NCBI GenBank assembly: GCA_002719295.1
Contig: PBHC01000020.1
Coordinates: 1-16,080, forward strand
Direction of reading: 5' to 3'
DNA: 16,080 nt
Source: Chloroflexota bacterium
GTDB taxonomy: Bacteria > Chloroflexota > Dehalococcoidia > Lucifugimonadales > Lucifugimonadaceae
Positions 1 to 7,837 of this stretch are shown here, piece after piece. The first letter of the stretch is position 1; each line of letters begins with the position of its first letter. The notes under the pieces were generated by a model. The model was not told where the DNA came from and did no database searches. It was given only the letters and a program-made list of their open reading frames with translations. The position numbers were made by a program, and so were the translations under genes.

Positions 1-1
1 A

Positions 2-766
2 GGTAGGTCTCTACTAGGACAAAAAGATGTAGCTGACTTAATAGGTGAAAAAGTACTTAACACTCTTGAACTAACTATTTTTTCTTGGATTTTATCCACT
101 CTGATTGGAATTCCATTAGGGGTAATATCCGCTATTAAGCGGGGATCTATATGGGATTGGGCAGGTAGATTTTTGGCTCTTATAGGCCAAGCAGCTCCAC
201 CATTTGTAATAGCTATAGTAGGAATTTTAATTTTTGCTGTAAAGTTAGGATGGTTGCCGGCTGGAAGTGGAGAGTCTTATTTAATAAAAGGAGTTTTCAG
301 AGGTATTTCTTCAGGAGACTTTTCTCTTATACCTGATTTCTTTTCCGGAGGATGGAAGCATTATGTTTTGCCTGTTGGAACTTTAGGACTTGCAGCATCT
401 GCAAGTTATTTGAGATTAACAAGGTCTTCTATGTTAGAGATCTTAGACTCAGAATATATCAAATTAGCGCGAGCAAAGGGAGTTCCTGAACGTGTAGTAA
501 TATGGAAACATGCTTTGAAAAATGCTCTTATTCCACCTTTAACTTTAGCAGCTCTTATTTTTGTAGGATTTTTGACTGGAACTATTATAGTAGAAACAGT
601 ATTTGTTTGGCCAGGATTAGGCTTGTTGGCTACCACAGCAGTGTCAGAGAATGATTTTCCTGTAATGACAGGATCAGTATTATTATTTGCAGTTTTTTAT
701 GCAATTGTTATTTTTATTTCAGACTTAACCTATGGATTTGTTGATCCTAGAATAAGATACTCATAG
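2..766 (+). CDS. dppB: Dipeptide/oligopeptide/nickel ABC transporter permease (DppB/OppB family), 5'-truncated by the window edge
   Basis: The frame is open from base 2 (GRSLLGQKDVADLIGEKVLNTLELTIFSW...), upstream of the TTG at 173 used by the ORF track. It has the EAA-loop region RLTRSSMLEILDSEYIKLARAKG, KHALKNALIP, IIVETVFVWPGLG and the C-terminal DPRIRY typical of DppB/OppB. Confidence 0.93.
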   Translation, partial: GRSLLGQKDVADLIGEKVLNTLELTIFSWILSTLIGIPLGVISAIKRGSIWDWAGRFLALIGQAAPPFVIAIVGILIFAVKLGWLPAGSGESYLIKGVFRGISSGDFSLIPDFFSGGWKHYVLPVGTLGLAASASYLRLTRSSMLEILDSEYIKLARAKGVPERVVIWKHALKNALIPPLTLAALIFVGFLTGTIIVETVFVWPGLGLLATTAVSENDFPVMTGSVLLFAVFYAIVIFISDLTYGFVDPRIRYS

Positions 767-775
767 AGGATTCAT

Positions 776-1711
776 ATGACTTTATCAACAAAAATCGGTA
801 TAGATAAACCTTCTTACTTAGAAAGAAATCTTCCTCTTTATAAGCAATTGATTGGTGTAGTTAGATTTTTTCAAAGATGGCCTGTAATTCCAATAGTTAT
901 GTTATCTATTCTAGTTTTGTTAGCTGTTTTTGCTGATGTAACAGGATATGATCCTGAATTACCTGCTTTGAGAGATAGAACACTTCCTTTATTTTCTGAA
1001 CCAGTAGATCCGTTAACTAAAGACTTAACTAGACATTGGTTAGGTGCGGATCAATTTGGTAGAGATACTCTAACAAGAATAATGCATGGAGCAAGAATAA
1101 CTCTTTATGTTCTTGTTATCTCAGCAGTTAGTGGAACTATAATTGGAACAACTTATGGACTTGTTGCTGGATTTTTTGGAGGAATTGTTGATGATATTTT
1201 AATGAGAATATTAGACTTAGTTTATTCTATTCCCTTCTTATTGCTAGCATTAGTTGCTGCAGTTGTTTTTGATCCTTCATTGCTTGTTGTTATTATTCTT
1301 CTGGCGTTTTTGGCATGGCCTGCTTTCGTTAGAAATGTTAGAGCAGAGGTTCTAACGTTAAAAGAACGAGATTATATTATGTATGCTCGTGTGGCAGGAG
1401 CGTCTAAAGTAAGATTATTGCTTACCCATTTACTACCAGGAGTAATAAACACAGTTATTGTAATTGCTACATTGAGAATTGGTCAATTGATTTTAGCCGA
1501 AGCATCATTAAGCTTCCTAGGAGCTGGAGTGCCTCCTCCCACCCCAGTTTGGGGAGCATTAGTTGCTGAAGGTAGAGATTATTTGAACAGTGCTTGGTGG
1601 GTATCAATGTTTCCAAGTGTAGGAATATTCTTAGTAGTTATGTCTCTAAATTTCCTTGGTGATTGGTTTAGAGATAGATTCGATCCTAGATTAAGGCAAT
1701 TGGGTAATTAA
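776..1711 (+). CDS. dppC: Dipeptide/oligopeptide ABC transporter permease (DppC/OppC family)
   Basis: HWLGADQFGRD motif, RAEVLTLKERDYIMYARVAGAS EAA loop, AEASLSFLGAG, NFLGDWFRDRFDPR. SD-like GAGGA just upstream; starts 9 bp after dppB. Confidence 0.93.
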   Translation: MTLSTKIGIDKPSYLERNLPLYKQLIGVVRFFQRWPVIPIVMLSILVLLAVFADVTGYDPELPALRDRTLPLFSEPVDPLTKDLTRHWLGADQFGRDTLTRIMHGARITLYVLVISAVSGTIIGTTYGLVAGFFGGIVDDILMRILDLVYSIPFLLLALVAAVVFDPSLLVVIILLAFLAWPAFVRNVRAEVLTLKERDYIMYARVAGASKVRLLLTHLLPGVINTVIVIATLRIGQLILAEASLSFLGAGVPPPTPVWGALVAEGRDYLNSAWWVSMFPSVGIFLVVMSLNFLGDWFRDRFDPRLRQLGN

Positions 1712-1763
1712 TTCGTATTAGTTATAATTAAGTTATCGAATTATTTTATGGAAATTTAGTTAA

Positions 1764-2444
1764 TTGAATTTATTTAATTTAGTGATGAAAAATACCAAAG
1801 TTATTCTTACTCCTAAGAATACACTTTCAACATACAATCAGACAAAGGTTAGATACCATATAGTAACTGAGCCATTGTATAAGGAAGTTTCTGAGTATAA
1901 ATCAGAAGAGTCTGTAATTCGTCATGGATTAGTTACAGCACAAACACCTCAAGTAGTTACTAATGATTTTCTTTATAAAATGTCTGGGTTTGGCGATGAT
2001 GCAAAAGAATTTCTTAAGGAATTAAATAGAGTCTTTGGTAAAAATGAACCAGCTTTACTATATAACTATAAAAACGAATCCACAGACCTAGAAATTGTTT
2101 CAGGAAATCCTCAAGAAGTTTCTGAAAGAATAAAATCTAGATTGATTAATAGTCAAACTAATCATGCAGTAATAAGAGGTATTAATAATTTATGGGATGT
2201 ATCTCTTTTTAAATTTATTTTTGAATATACTAAAACGTCTGCTAAAAGTAATTTCCAAGACTTAAGCAATTCAGGATTACTAGATGTGAAAAATGGTATC
2301 CCTATAGCGGCAAGAAAAAGAATAGATGAATTATTTAAGCAGGCTTATTCAGGTAAAGTAAGGGCTCAAGATCTTCATAAAGAATTAAAAGATTGGGATT
2401 TATTTGATGAGTATCAAGATCAATTTTTTTCGATATTCAAGTAA
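1764..2444 (+). CDS. Conserved hypothetical soluble protein (226 aa)
   Basis: Long ORF with no TM segments. Motifs YHIVTEP, VIRHGLV, LLYNYKNE, LWDVSLFKFIFE and WDLFDEYQDQFF resemble an uncharacterised family I recall from Dehalococcoidia (memory, not searched). Start could be TTG 1764, GTG 1782 or ATG 1785. Confidence 0.85.
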   Translation: MNLFNLVMKNTKVILTPKNTLSTYNQTKVRYHIVTEPLYKEVSEYKSEESVIRHGLVTAQTPQVVTNDFLYKMSGFGDDAKEFLKELNRVFGKNEPALLYNYKNESTDLEIVSGNPQEVSERIKSRLINSQTNHAVIRGINNLWDVSLFKFIFEYTKTSAKSNFQDLSNSGLLDVKNGIPIAARKRIDELFKQAYSGKVRAQDLHKELKDWDLFDEYQDQFFSIFK

Positions 2445-2523
2445 ATGTGTTTTTTTATTTTAATTTAATATTTTCTTAATTTTTATTTCTTAATTAATTT
2501 ATATACTTTCTAATGTAAATAAA

Positions 2524-2529
2524 TATAAT
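2524..2529 (+). promoter_or_regulatory. Candidate -10 element (TATAAT) of the pstS promoter
   Basis: Perfect TATAAT 25 bp upstream of the ATG and upstream of the SD. No recognisable -35. Confidence 0.35.
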
Positions 2530-2554
2530 TATCAATAGAAATTAAGGAGTTAAA

Positions 2555-3493
2555 ATGCTTAGGTTTAGTAAACTGTTTTCAATATTTTCTATTTTTATTT
2601 CATTGCTGATATTTTTTGGATGTTCAAGTAATCAAACTTCTTCAGATTCAGGATTAAGTGGAACTATTGAAATTGATGGATCTTCAACCGTTTTTCCTAT
2701 TTCAGTAGCTGCTGCAGAAATTTTTAGAGAAGATAACCCAAACGTCCAAATTCCTGTTGGGATATCAGGAACAGGTGGAGGGATGAAAAGATTTATAGTT
2801 GGAGAAACTGCTATCACTAATGCATCTAGACTAATAAAAGATAATGAATTATCTACTGCTTCAGAAAATGGAATAAAGTTTACAGAGCTTGAGGTTGCAT
2901 TTGATGGACTTTCTGTAGTTGTAAATAAGAATAATGATTGGGTAGATTGCCTCACTACTGATGAATTAAAAAAAATTTGGGATATAGGTTCAGAGGTTAA
3001 TAACTGGAACCAAATTCGATCTTCTTTCCCAGATATGGAAATGAACCTTTATGGTCCAGGAACTGATTCGGGTACATTTGATTATTTTACGGAAGTTATA
3101 AATGGTGAAGAGGGTAGGACAAGATCAGATTATACCCCTTCAGAAGACGATAACGTATTAGTTTTGGGGGTTTCTGGTGATAAGGGAGCATTAGGTTATT
3201 TTGGATACGCTTATTTCATAGAAAATTCAAAGAATATGAAAGCAATTTCTGTTGATGGTGGAAATGGTTGCATTGAACCAACAGACGAAACTATTAATAA
3301 TTCTTCATATTCTCCCCTTTCAAGACCATTACTTATTTATGTGAATAATGAAGAATTATTAAAACCTGAAGTATATGAGTTTGTAAAGTTTTATCTAGAA
3401 AATGGAGAAATGCTTGCTATTGAAGGAGGATATGTTGGTCTTCCAGAATCTAATTATGAAGAAAGTCTTTCTATTATTTCAAAGTATGAATAA
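2555..3493 (+). CDS. pstS: Phosphate ABC transporter substrate-binding lipoprotein PstS
   Basis: Lipoprotein signal peptide ending IFFG-C; IEIDGSSTVFPI, SGTGGG, NASR, DSGTFDYF, YFGYAY and YSPLSRPL motifs. SD AAGGAG at 2544-2549. Confidence 0.95.
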   Translation: MLRFSKLFSIFSIFISLLIFFGCSSNQTSSDSGLSGTIEIDGSSTVFPISVAAAEIFREDNPNVQIPVGISGTGGGMKRFIVGETAITNASRLIKDNELSTASENGIKFTELEVAFDGLSVVVNKNNDWVDCLTTDELKKIWDIGSEVNNWNQIRSSFPDMEMNLYGPGTDSGTFDYFTEVINGEEGRTRSDYTPSEDDNVLVLGVSGDKGALGYFGYAYFIENSKNMKAISVDGGNGCIEPTDETINNSSYSPLSRPLLIYVNNEELLKPEVYEFVKFYLENGEMLAIEGGYVGLPESNYEESLSIISKYE

Positions 3494-3582
3494 TAGACAA
3501 TAAATTCATCTATTATTTGTATTTTATAATCTGTAATTTAGTAATATAAAAATACAAAATTATATATAACTAAATTTCTATA

Positions 3583-4206
3583 GTGTTAACTTTAATATTT
3601 TTAATCATTTCTTTTATTAGTGGATCTATTCCTTTTCCAGTGATATTGACTAAATTATTGTCAGGAAAAGATGTAAGAGAAGTAGGGGATAATAATCCTG
3701 GTGCTGTGAATGCATGGAAATCAGGGGGATCATACATTGGAATAATAGTTATGTTTATTGAATTCTTAAAAGCTATTCTTCCTATAGCTATAGCCATAAG
3801 ATTCTTTGGAATAGAGGGGTTTGATCTTGTTATAGTTAGCATTATGCCAATATTAGGTCATTCTTTTTCTCCATTTCTTAAGTTCAAAGGAGGAAAAGCA
3901 TTAGCAGTAACGGCAGCTATGTGGTTGGCTATTTTTCAATTTGAGGCTGCAGCTGTAATCTTTGGATTACTAGCAATATTTTTTGCATTACAAAAAAATG
4001 ATGCATGGACTGTAAATATCGTTCACTTTTGTTTCTTTATTTATGGAATTATAACTTCTATTTCCAAATCTTATATTTCAAATAATCAATTTATTTTATT
4101 ATGGATTTTAGCTACTATTTTGATGATATATAACCATAGAAAAGAATTAAGAAATGCCCCTCAGTTCAGAAACTTTAGAAGCCTAACAGGGGTAAAATTT
4201 GAGTGA
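3583..4206 (+). CDS. plsY: PlsY-family membrane acyltransferase (divergent paralog)
   Basis: GSIPF, DVREVGDNNPGAVNAW (variant of GSGNxGATN), GHSFSPFLKFKGGKALA, multiple TM helices. GTG start. Confidence 0.85.
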   Translation: MLTLIFLIISFISGSIPFPVILTKLLSGKDVREVGDNNPGAVNAWKSGGSYIGIIVMFIEFLKAILPIAIAIRFFGIEGFDLVIVSIMPILGHSFSPFLKFKGGKALAVTAAMWLAIFQFEAAAVIFGLLAIFFALQKNDAWTVNIVHFCFFIYGIITSISKSYISNNQFILLWILATILMIYNHRKELRNAPQFRNFRSLTGVKFE

Positions 4207-5416
4207 TATTTTTGATACATTAATCATAATTATTCTGTTTGTCTCAGCATATTCTTTACTAATATCTATACTTAACTTATTTTCATTTCATAGGCCAAAG
4301 CCTTTATCTCCAAAAAATAAACCCAAAGTGTCTATTTTAATTCCTTGTAGAAATGAAGAAGATAACATTATTGAATGTGTGGAATCTTTAGCCCTACAAG
4401 ATTATGAAAATTTAGAAATTTTATTAATAGATGATAATTCTACTGACAATACTTTGGGGCAATTAAGAACTTTAGCAGATAAATTTCCTCAAGTTAGTGC
4501 TTTTAAAGGAAGACCTCTTCCTGAAAATTGGGCTGGGAAAAATTGGGCTTGCCATCAACTTTCACAAAAAGCTAAAGGAGAATACTTTTTATTCATTGAT
4601 GCTGACACAAATTTAGCTAAATTCTCAGTTTCTTCAACAGTTAAACATATGAATGATAATAATCTAGAATTTATTACACTTGTGCCAAAAAGAAAAATAT
4701 TTAATATTTCAGATTATTTTATTTGGATAATGGTGTCATGGTTTATATTTTCATGGATCCCTTTTTACTTGGCTAAAAAATTACCTTTCAGTTTATTTGC
4801 TGCTGGTTTTGGACAATTTTTATTATTCAACAAAGAAGCTTACCTGAAAATTGGAGGACATAAAAAAATATCTAATCTTGTTTTAGATGATTTTGAACTT
4901 GCAAGGTCTATTAAATCTCAAGGTTTTAATTCAGATATGTTAGATGGAACTCATATTATTGAAACTAAAGGATATACTTCTTCGATAGCTGCAGTTGATG
5001 GTCATGCAAAATCTATATTTGCTACGTTTAGATATAATATTTTAATTTTTATTTTTGCTTTTTTTGGTTTGATATTACTTTTTTATGTTCCTTGGTTGAA
5101 TCTTATTTCATATTTTTTTCAAATTGAATTAAGCGCACATCATATTTTTATATCATTTTTATCTATTTTATTTATTTTTTTCTCTATTCTTATTTCATCA
5201 AAAGCTTTTTCATTGAGTATTTTTTCTTCTTTTTTATACCCAATAGCAATGTTGGTTTTATTATTTAGCGGCTACAGATCCTTTCTTTCTTCTTTTGACG
5301 GCGATATAAAATGGAAAGGTAGATCTACCCCTTCAATTGGAATAAAGAAGCTTTATACGTTAATATTCTTCCCATTTTTACTTATAAATTGGTTCTACAG
5401 AAAAATAAGATATTAA
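4199..5416 (+). CDS. GT2-family membrane glycosyltransferase (CrtQ/CruC/HpnB-like)
   Basis: VSILIPCRNEE, DDNSTD, LPENWAGKNWACHQL, FIDAD (DxD), GQFLLF, YLKIGGH, LDDFELA, C-terminal TMs and WKGR. The TTG start overlaps the plsY-like gene by 8 nt. Confidence 0.9.
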   Translation: MSDIFDTLIIIILFVSAYSLLISILNLFSFHRPKPLSPKNKPKVSILIPCRNEEDNIIECVESLALQDYENLEILLIDDNSTDNTLGQLRTLADKFPQVSAFKGRPLPENWAGKNWACHQLSQKAKGEYFLFIDADTNLAKFSVSSTVKHMNDNNLEFITLVPKRKIFNISDYFIWIMVSWFIFSWIPFYLAKKLPFSLFAAGFGQFLLFNKEAYLKIGGHKKISNLVLDDFELARSIKSQGFNSDMLDGTHIIETKGYTSSIAAVDGHAKSIFATFRYNILIFIFAFFGLILLFYVPWLNLISYFFQIELSAHHIFISFLSILFIFFSILISSKAFSLSIFSSFLYPIAMLVLLFSGYRSFLSSFDGDIKWKGRSTPSIGIKKLYTLIFFPFLLINWFYRKIRY

Positions 5417-5419
5417 TTC

Positions 5420-5436
5420 ATCAATTATAAATTGAT
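5420..5436. promoter_or_regulatory. Perfect 7-3-7 palindrome ATCAATT-ATA-AATTGAT upstream of the ACAD pair (possible operator or hairpin)
   Basis: Directly visible just after the GT2 stop and 56 bp upstream of the ACAD ATG. Function is inferred, and the background is AT-rich. Confidence 0.3.
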
Positions 5437-5492
5437 AAATGTTAATAAAGTAATAGACTTATAAAAAATATATTCAACTAAGGTTTTTTTAT

Positions 5493-6686
5493 ATGAGGTA
5501 CGAATTTACTAATGAAGATGAGCTTTTTAGAAATGAATTAAGGGAATGGATTAGAAACGAACTTCCAGAAGATTTTGATAAATGGCAAGGCGTTGATGAA
5601 GCTGGTGATGACTTTGAATACTCTTTAGAAGTCAGAAAAAAATTAGCTAATAAAGGTTGGCTGACCATGGCTTGGCCAAAAGAGTATGGAGGGCAGGGAG
5701 CTTCATACATGAAACAAGTAATTTTTAACGAAGAAATGTCATATCATAGAATGCCTGGTAGAGACGGTTTCGGAGCCAAAATGCTTGGGCCTACTTTGAT
5801 GGTTCATGGAACTGAAGAGCAAAAAAAGAGATTCTTACCTCCAATAGCGAACGGAGATGTTCAGTGGTGCCAAGGATATTCTGAACCTGATTCAGGATCT
5901 GATTTAGCGTCCTTAAAACTAAAAGTTGAAGATAAAGGTGACCATTGGTTGGTTAATGGTAGCAAAGTTTGGACATCCATGGCTCATAAGGCTACATGGA
6001 TATTTTTTCTTGGTCGAACAGACCCAAATGCTCCAAAACACAAAGGTATTAGCTTTTTTGTAGCTAATATAAAAGATTCAAATATTCAGGTAAAGCCAAT
6101 AATTAATATGGCTGGGAATCATCATTTTAACCAAGTGATTTTTGAAAATGTTAAGATTCCAAAAGATGCTTTAATTGGTGAATTAAACAAGGGTTGGTAT
6201 ATTGCTGCGACTCTTCTAGATTTTGAACGATCAGGTGTAGAATATCCTGCTGCTGCAAGGAGAAATTTTGAAGAAATTGTAGAATTTGTGAAAAATAATA
6301 AAAATTCTTCAGGCATCCCATTAATTAATGATCCTTATATAAATAAAACTTTGGTAGATTTAGACCTTGAAATTGAAGCAGCAAGATTGGTTGCTTATGA
6401 GGTTGCATATTTGCAATCACAAGGAGAAGTCCCAAGTATTGAAGGTTCTGTTGCAAAAATTTTAGGAACAAAGTTAGCTCAAAATGTTGCTAAAATAGGG
6501 ACTGATTTTGCAGGATTATATGGACAATTATCTGATTCATCTGCACCTTTTGATGGTAAATATCTAAAACAACAATTAACGGTTACTGCATATACTATTT
6601 TTGCGGGAACAACTGAAATTCAGAAAAATATAATTGCAACAAGAGGTCTTGGTTTACCAAGAGAAGATAAATTGAAAGCGAAGTAA
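5493..6686 (+). CDS. Acyl-CoA dehydrogenase (FadE26/ChsE4-like, catalytic subunit)
   Basis: WPKEYGG, WCQGYSEPDSGSDLASL, NGSKVWTS, HFNQVIFENV, LDFERSG (candidate catalytic Glu), TIFAGTTEIQKNIIA. Confidence 0.95.
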   Translation: MRYEFTNEDELFRNELREWIRNELPEDFDKWQGVDEAGDDFEYSLEVRKKLANKGWLTMAWPKEYGGQGASYMKQVIFNEEMSYHRMPGRDGFGAKMLGPTLMVHGTEEQKKRFLPPIANGDVQWCQGYSEPDSGSDLASLKLKVEDKGDHWLVNGSKVWTSMAHKATWIFFLGRTDPNAPKHKGISFFVANIKDSNIQVKPIINMAGNHHFNQVIFENVKIPKDALIGELNKGWYIAATLLDFERSGVEYPAAARRNFEEIVEFVKNNKNSSGIPLINDPYINKTLVDLDLEIEAARLVAYEVAYLQSQGEVPSIEGSVAKILGTKLAQNVAKIGTDFAGLYGQLSDSSAPFDGKYLKQQLTVTAYTIFAGTTEIQKNIIATRGLGLPREDKLKAK

Positions 6687-6689
6687 ATT

Positions 6690-7817
6690 ATGGACTTAGG
6701 ATTATCTGAAATACAAAAAATGTTACAAGAATCTTCGAGAAGTTATCTTGAAGAAAAATGTACTATGAGTTTTATCCGAGCAATGGAATCGGATGATATA
6801 GGAATAACTGAAGAAATCTGGAAAAATATGTCTGAAATGGGTTGGTTGGGATTAATGATACCCGAAGAATATAGTGGTTCAGGTTTTAAATTTGAAGATA
6901 TGTCTATATTGTTGGAAGAAATGGGACGGGTTGCTTTATCGGGACCATTTTTTAGCACTGCTGTAGTAGGTGTTCAATCTTTACTTATTTCAGGAAATGA
7001 ATCTCAAAAAAAAGAACTTTTACCTAAAATTTCTTCTGGTCAAATAAAGCTATCCTTAGCTTTTAATGAATCAACGGGTAGTTTCGATGAATCTGAAATT
7101 TCTAATACCGTAGCTACAAAAAACCAAAATGGCTGGACACTTAATGGAGAAAAATTATTTGTTAATGATGCAATTGGATCAGATTATTTTATAGTTGCAT
7201 CTAAATCCGAAAATAACGAAGGTATTTCCTTATTTTTAGTCCCTTCAAATACTGAAGGGATAGAAATTGAAAAAATGGAAAGTATAGGTGGGGATAAAAT
7301 TTTCAAAGTAAAATTTAATGAAATAAAGCTCGATGACACTCAATTATTAGGTGAAGAAAATCAAGGATGGGAAACACTCTCTCAATTATTTAGTTACGGA
7401 GCTTCAGGAAAGTCTTCAGAAATGTCAGGTGCTTCATCTAAAGTTATGGACATGACTCTAGATTATATAAAAGATAGAAAACAGTTTGATAGACCAATTG
7501 GATCTTTTCAAGCGGTACAGCATCATGCAGCTGATATGGCTATATTAACCAAAGTATCAACTCAATTTGCAAGGAAAGCAGCTTGGAAATTATCTAACTC
7601 CGATGATTCTAATCTTGATATAAATAGATCAAAGGCTTATGTTTCTAAATCATTTCATGATATTTGCCAAATTTCACACCAACTTCATGGTGCAATTGGA
7701 TATACTTGGGATTATGATCTCCAAGTGTTTACTAGAAAAATGCAACATCAAAAATTGGCTTTTGGAGATTCAGATTATCATCATAAAAAGATAAGCAATG
7801 AATTGGAACTAAATTAA
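6690..7817 (+). CDS. Acyl-CoA dehydrogenase (FadE27/ChsE5-like partner subunit)
   Basis: GWLGLMIPEEYSGSG, LNGEKLFV, RKQFDRPIGSFQAVQH, HQLHGAIGYTWDYDLQ. Lacks the SEPxxGSD and GTxEIQ motifs. Starts 3 bp after the first ACAD. Confidence 0.93.
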   Translation: MDLGLSEIQKMLQESSRSYLEEKCTMSFIRAMESDDIGITEEIWKNMSEMGWLGLMIPEEYSGSGFKFEDMSILLEEMGRVALSGPFFSTAVVGVQSLLISGNESQKKELLPKISSGQIKLSLAFNESTGSFDESEISNTVATKNQNGWTLNGEKLFVNDAIGSDYFIVASKSENNEGISLFLVPSNTEGIEIEKMESIGGDKIFKVKFNEIKLDDTQLLGEENQGWETLSQLFSYGASGKSSEMSGASSKVMDMTLDYIKDRKQFDRPIGSFQAVQHHAADMAILTKVSTQFARKAAWKLSNSDDSNLDINRSKAYVSKSFHDICQISHQLHGAIGYTWDYDLQVFTRKMQHQKLAFGDSDYHHKKISNELELN

Positions 7818-7837
7818 TTTTAGAAATAATTAATGAG

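Noticed and set aside
173..175. TTG at 173 as the start of the first CDS
   Set aside because: The frame is open and DppB-like back to the window edge, so the true start lies upstream.
1709..1743. TAATTCG...CGAATTA inverted repeat after dppC as an intrinsic terminator
   Set aside because: Only a 7-bp AT-rich stem with a 21-nt loop; too weak to support.
5041..5240. Very T-rich stretch with homopolymer runs (phase-variation tract?)
   Set aside because: Explained by Phe/Ile/Leu/Ser codons of TM helices in an AT-rich genome; the frame is intact.
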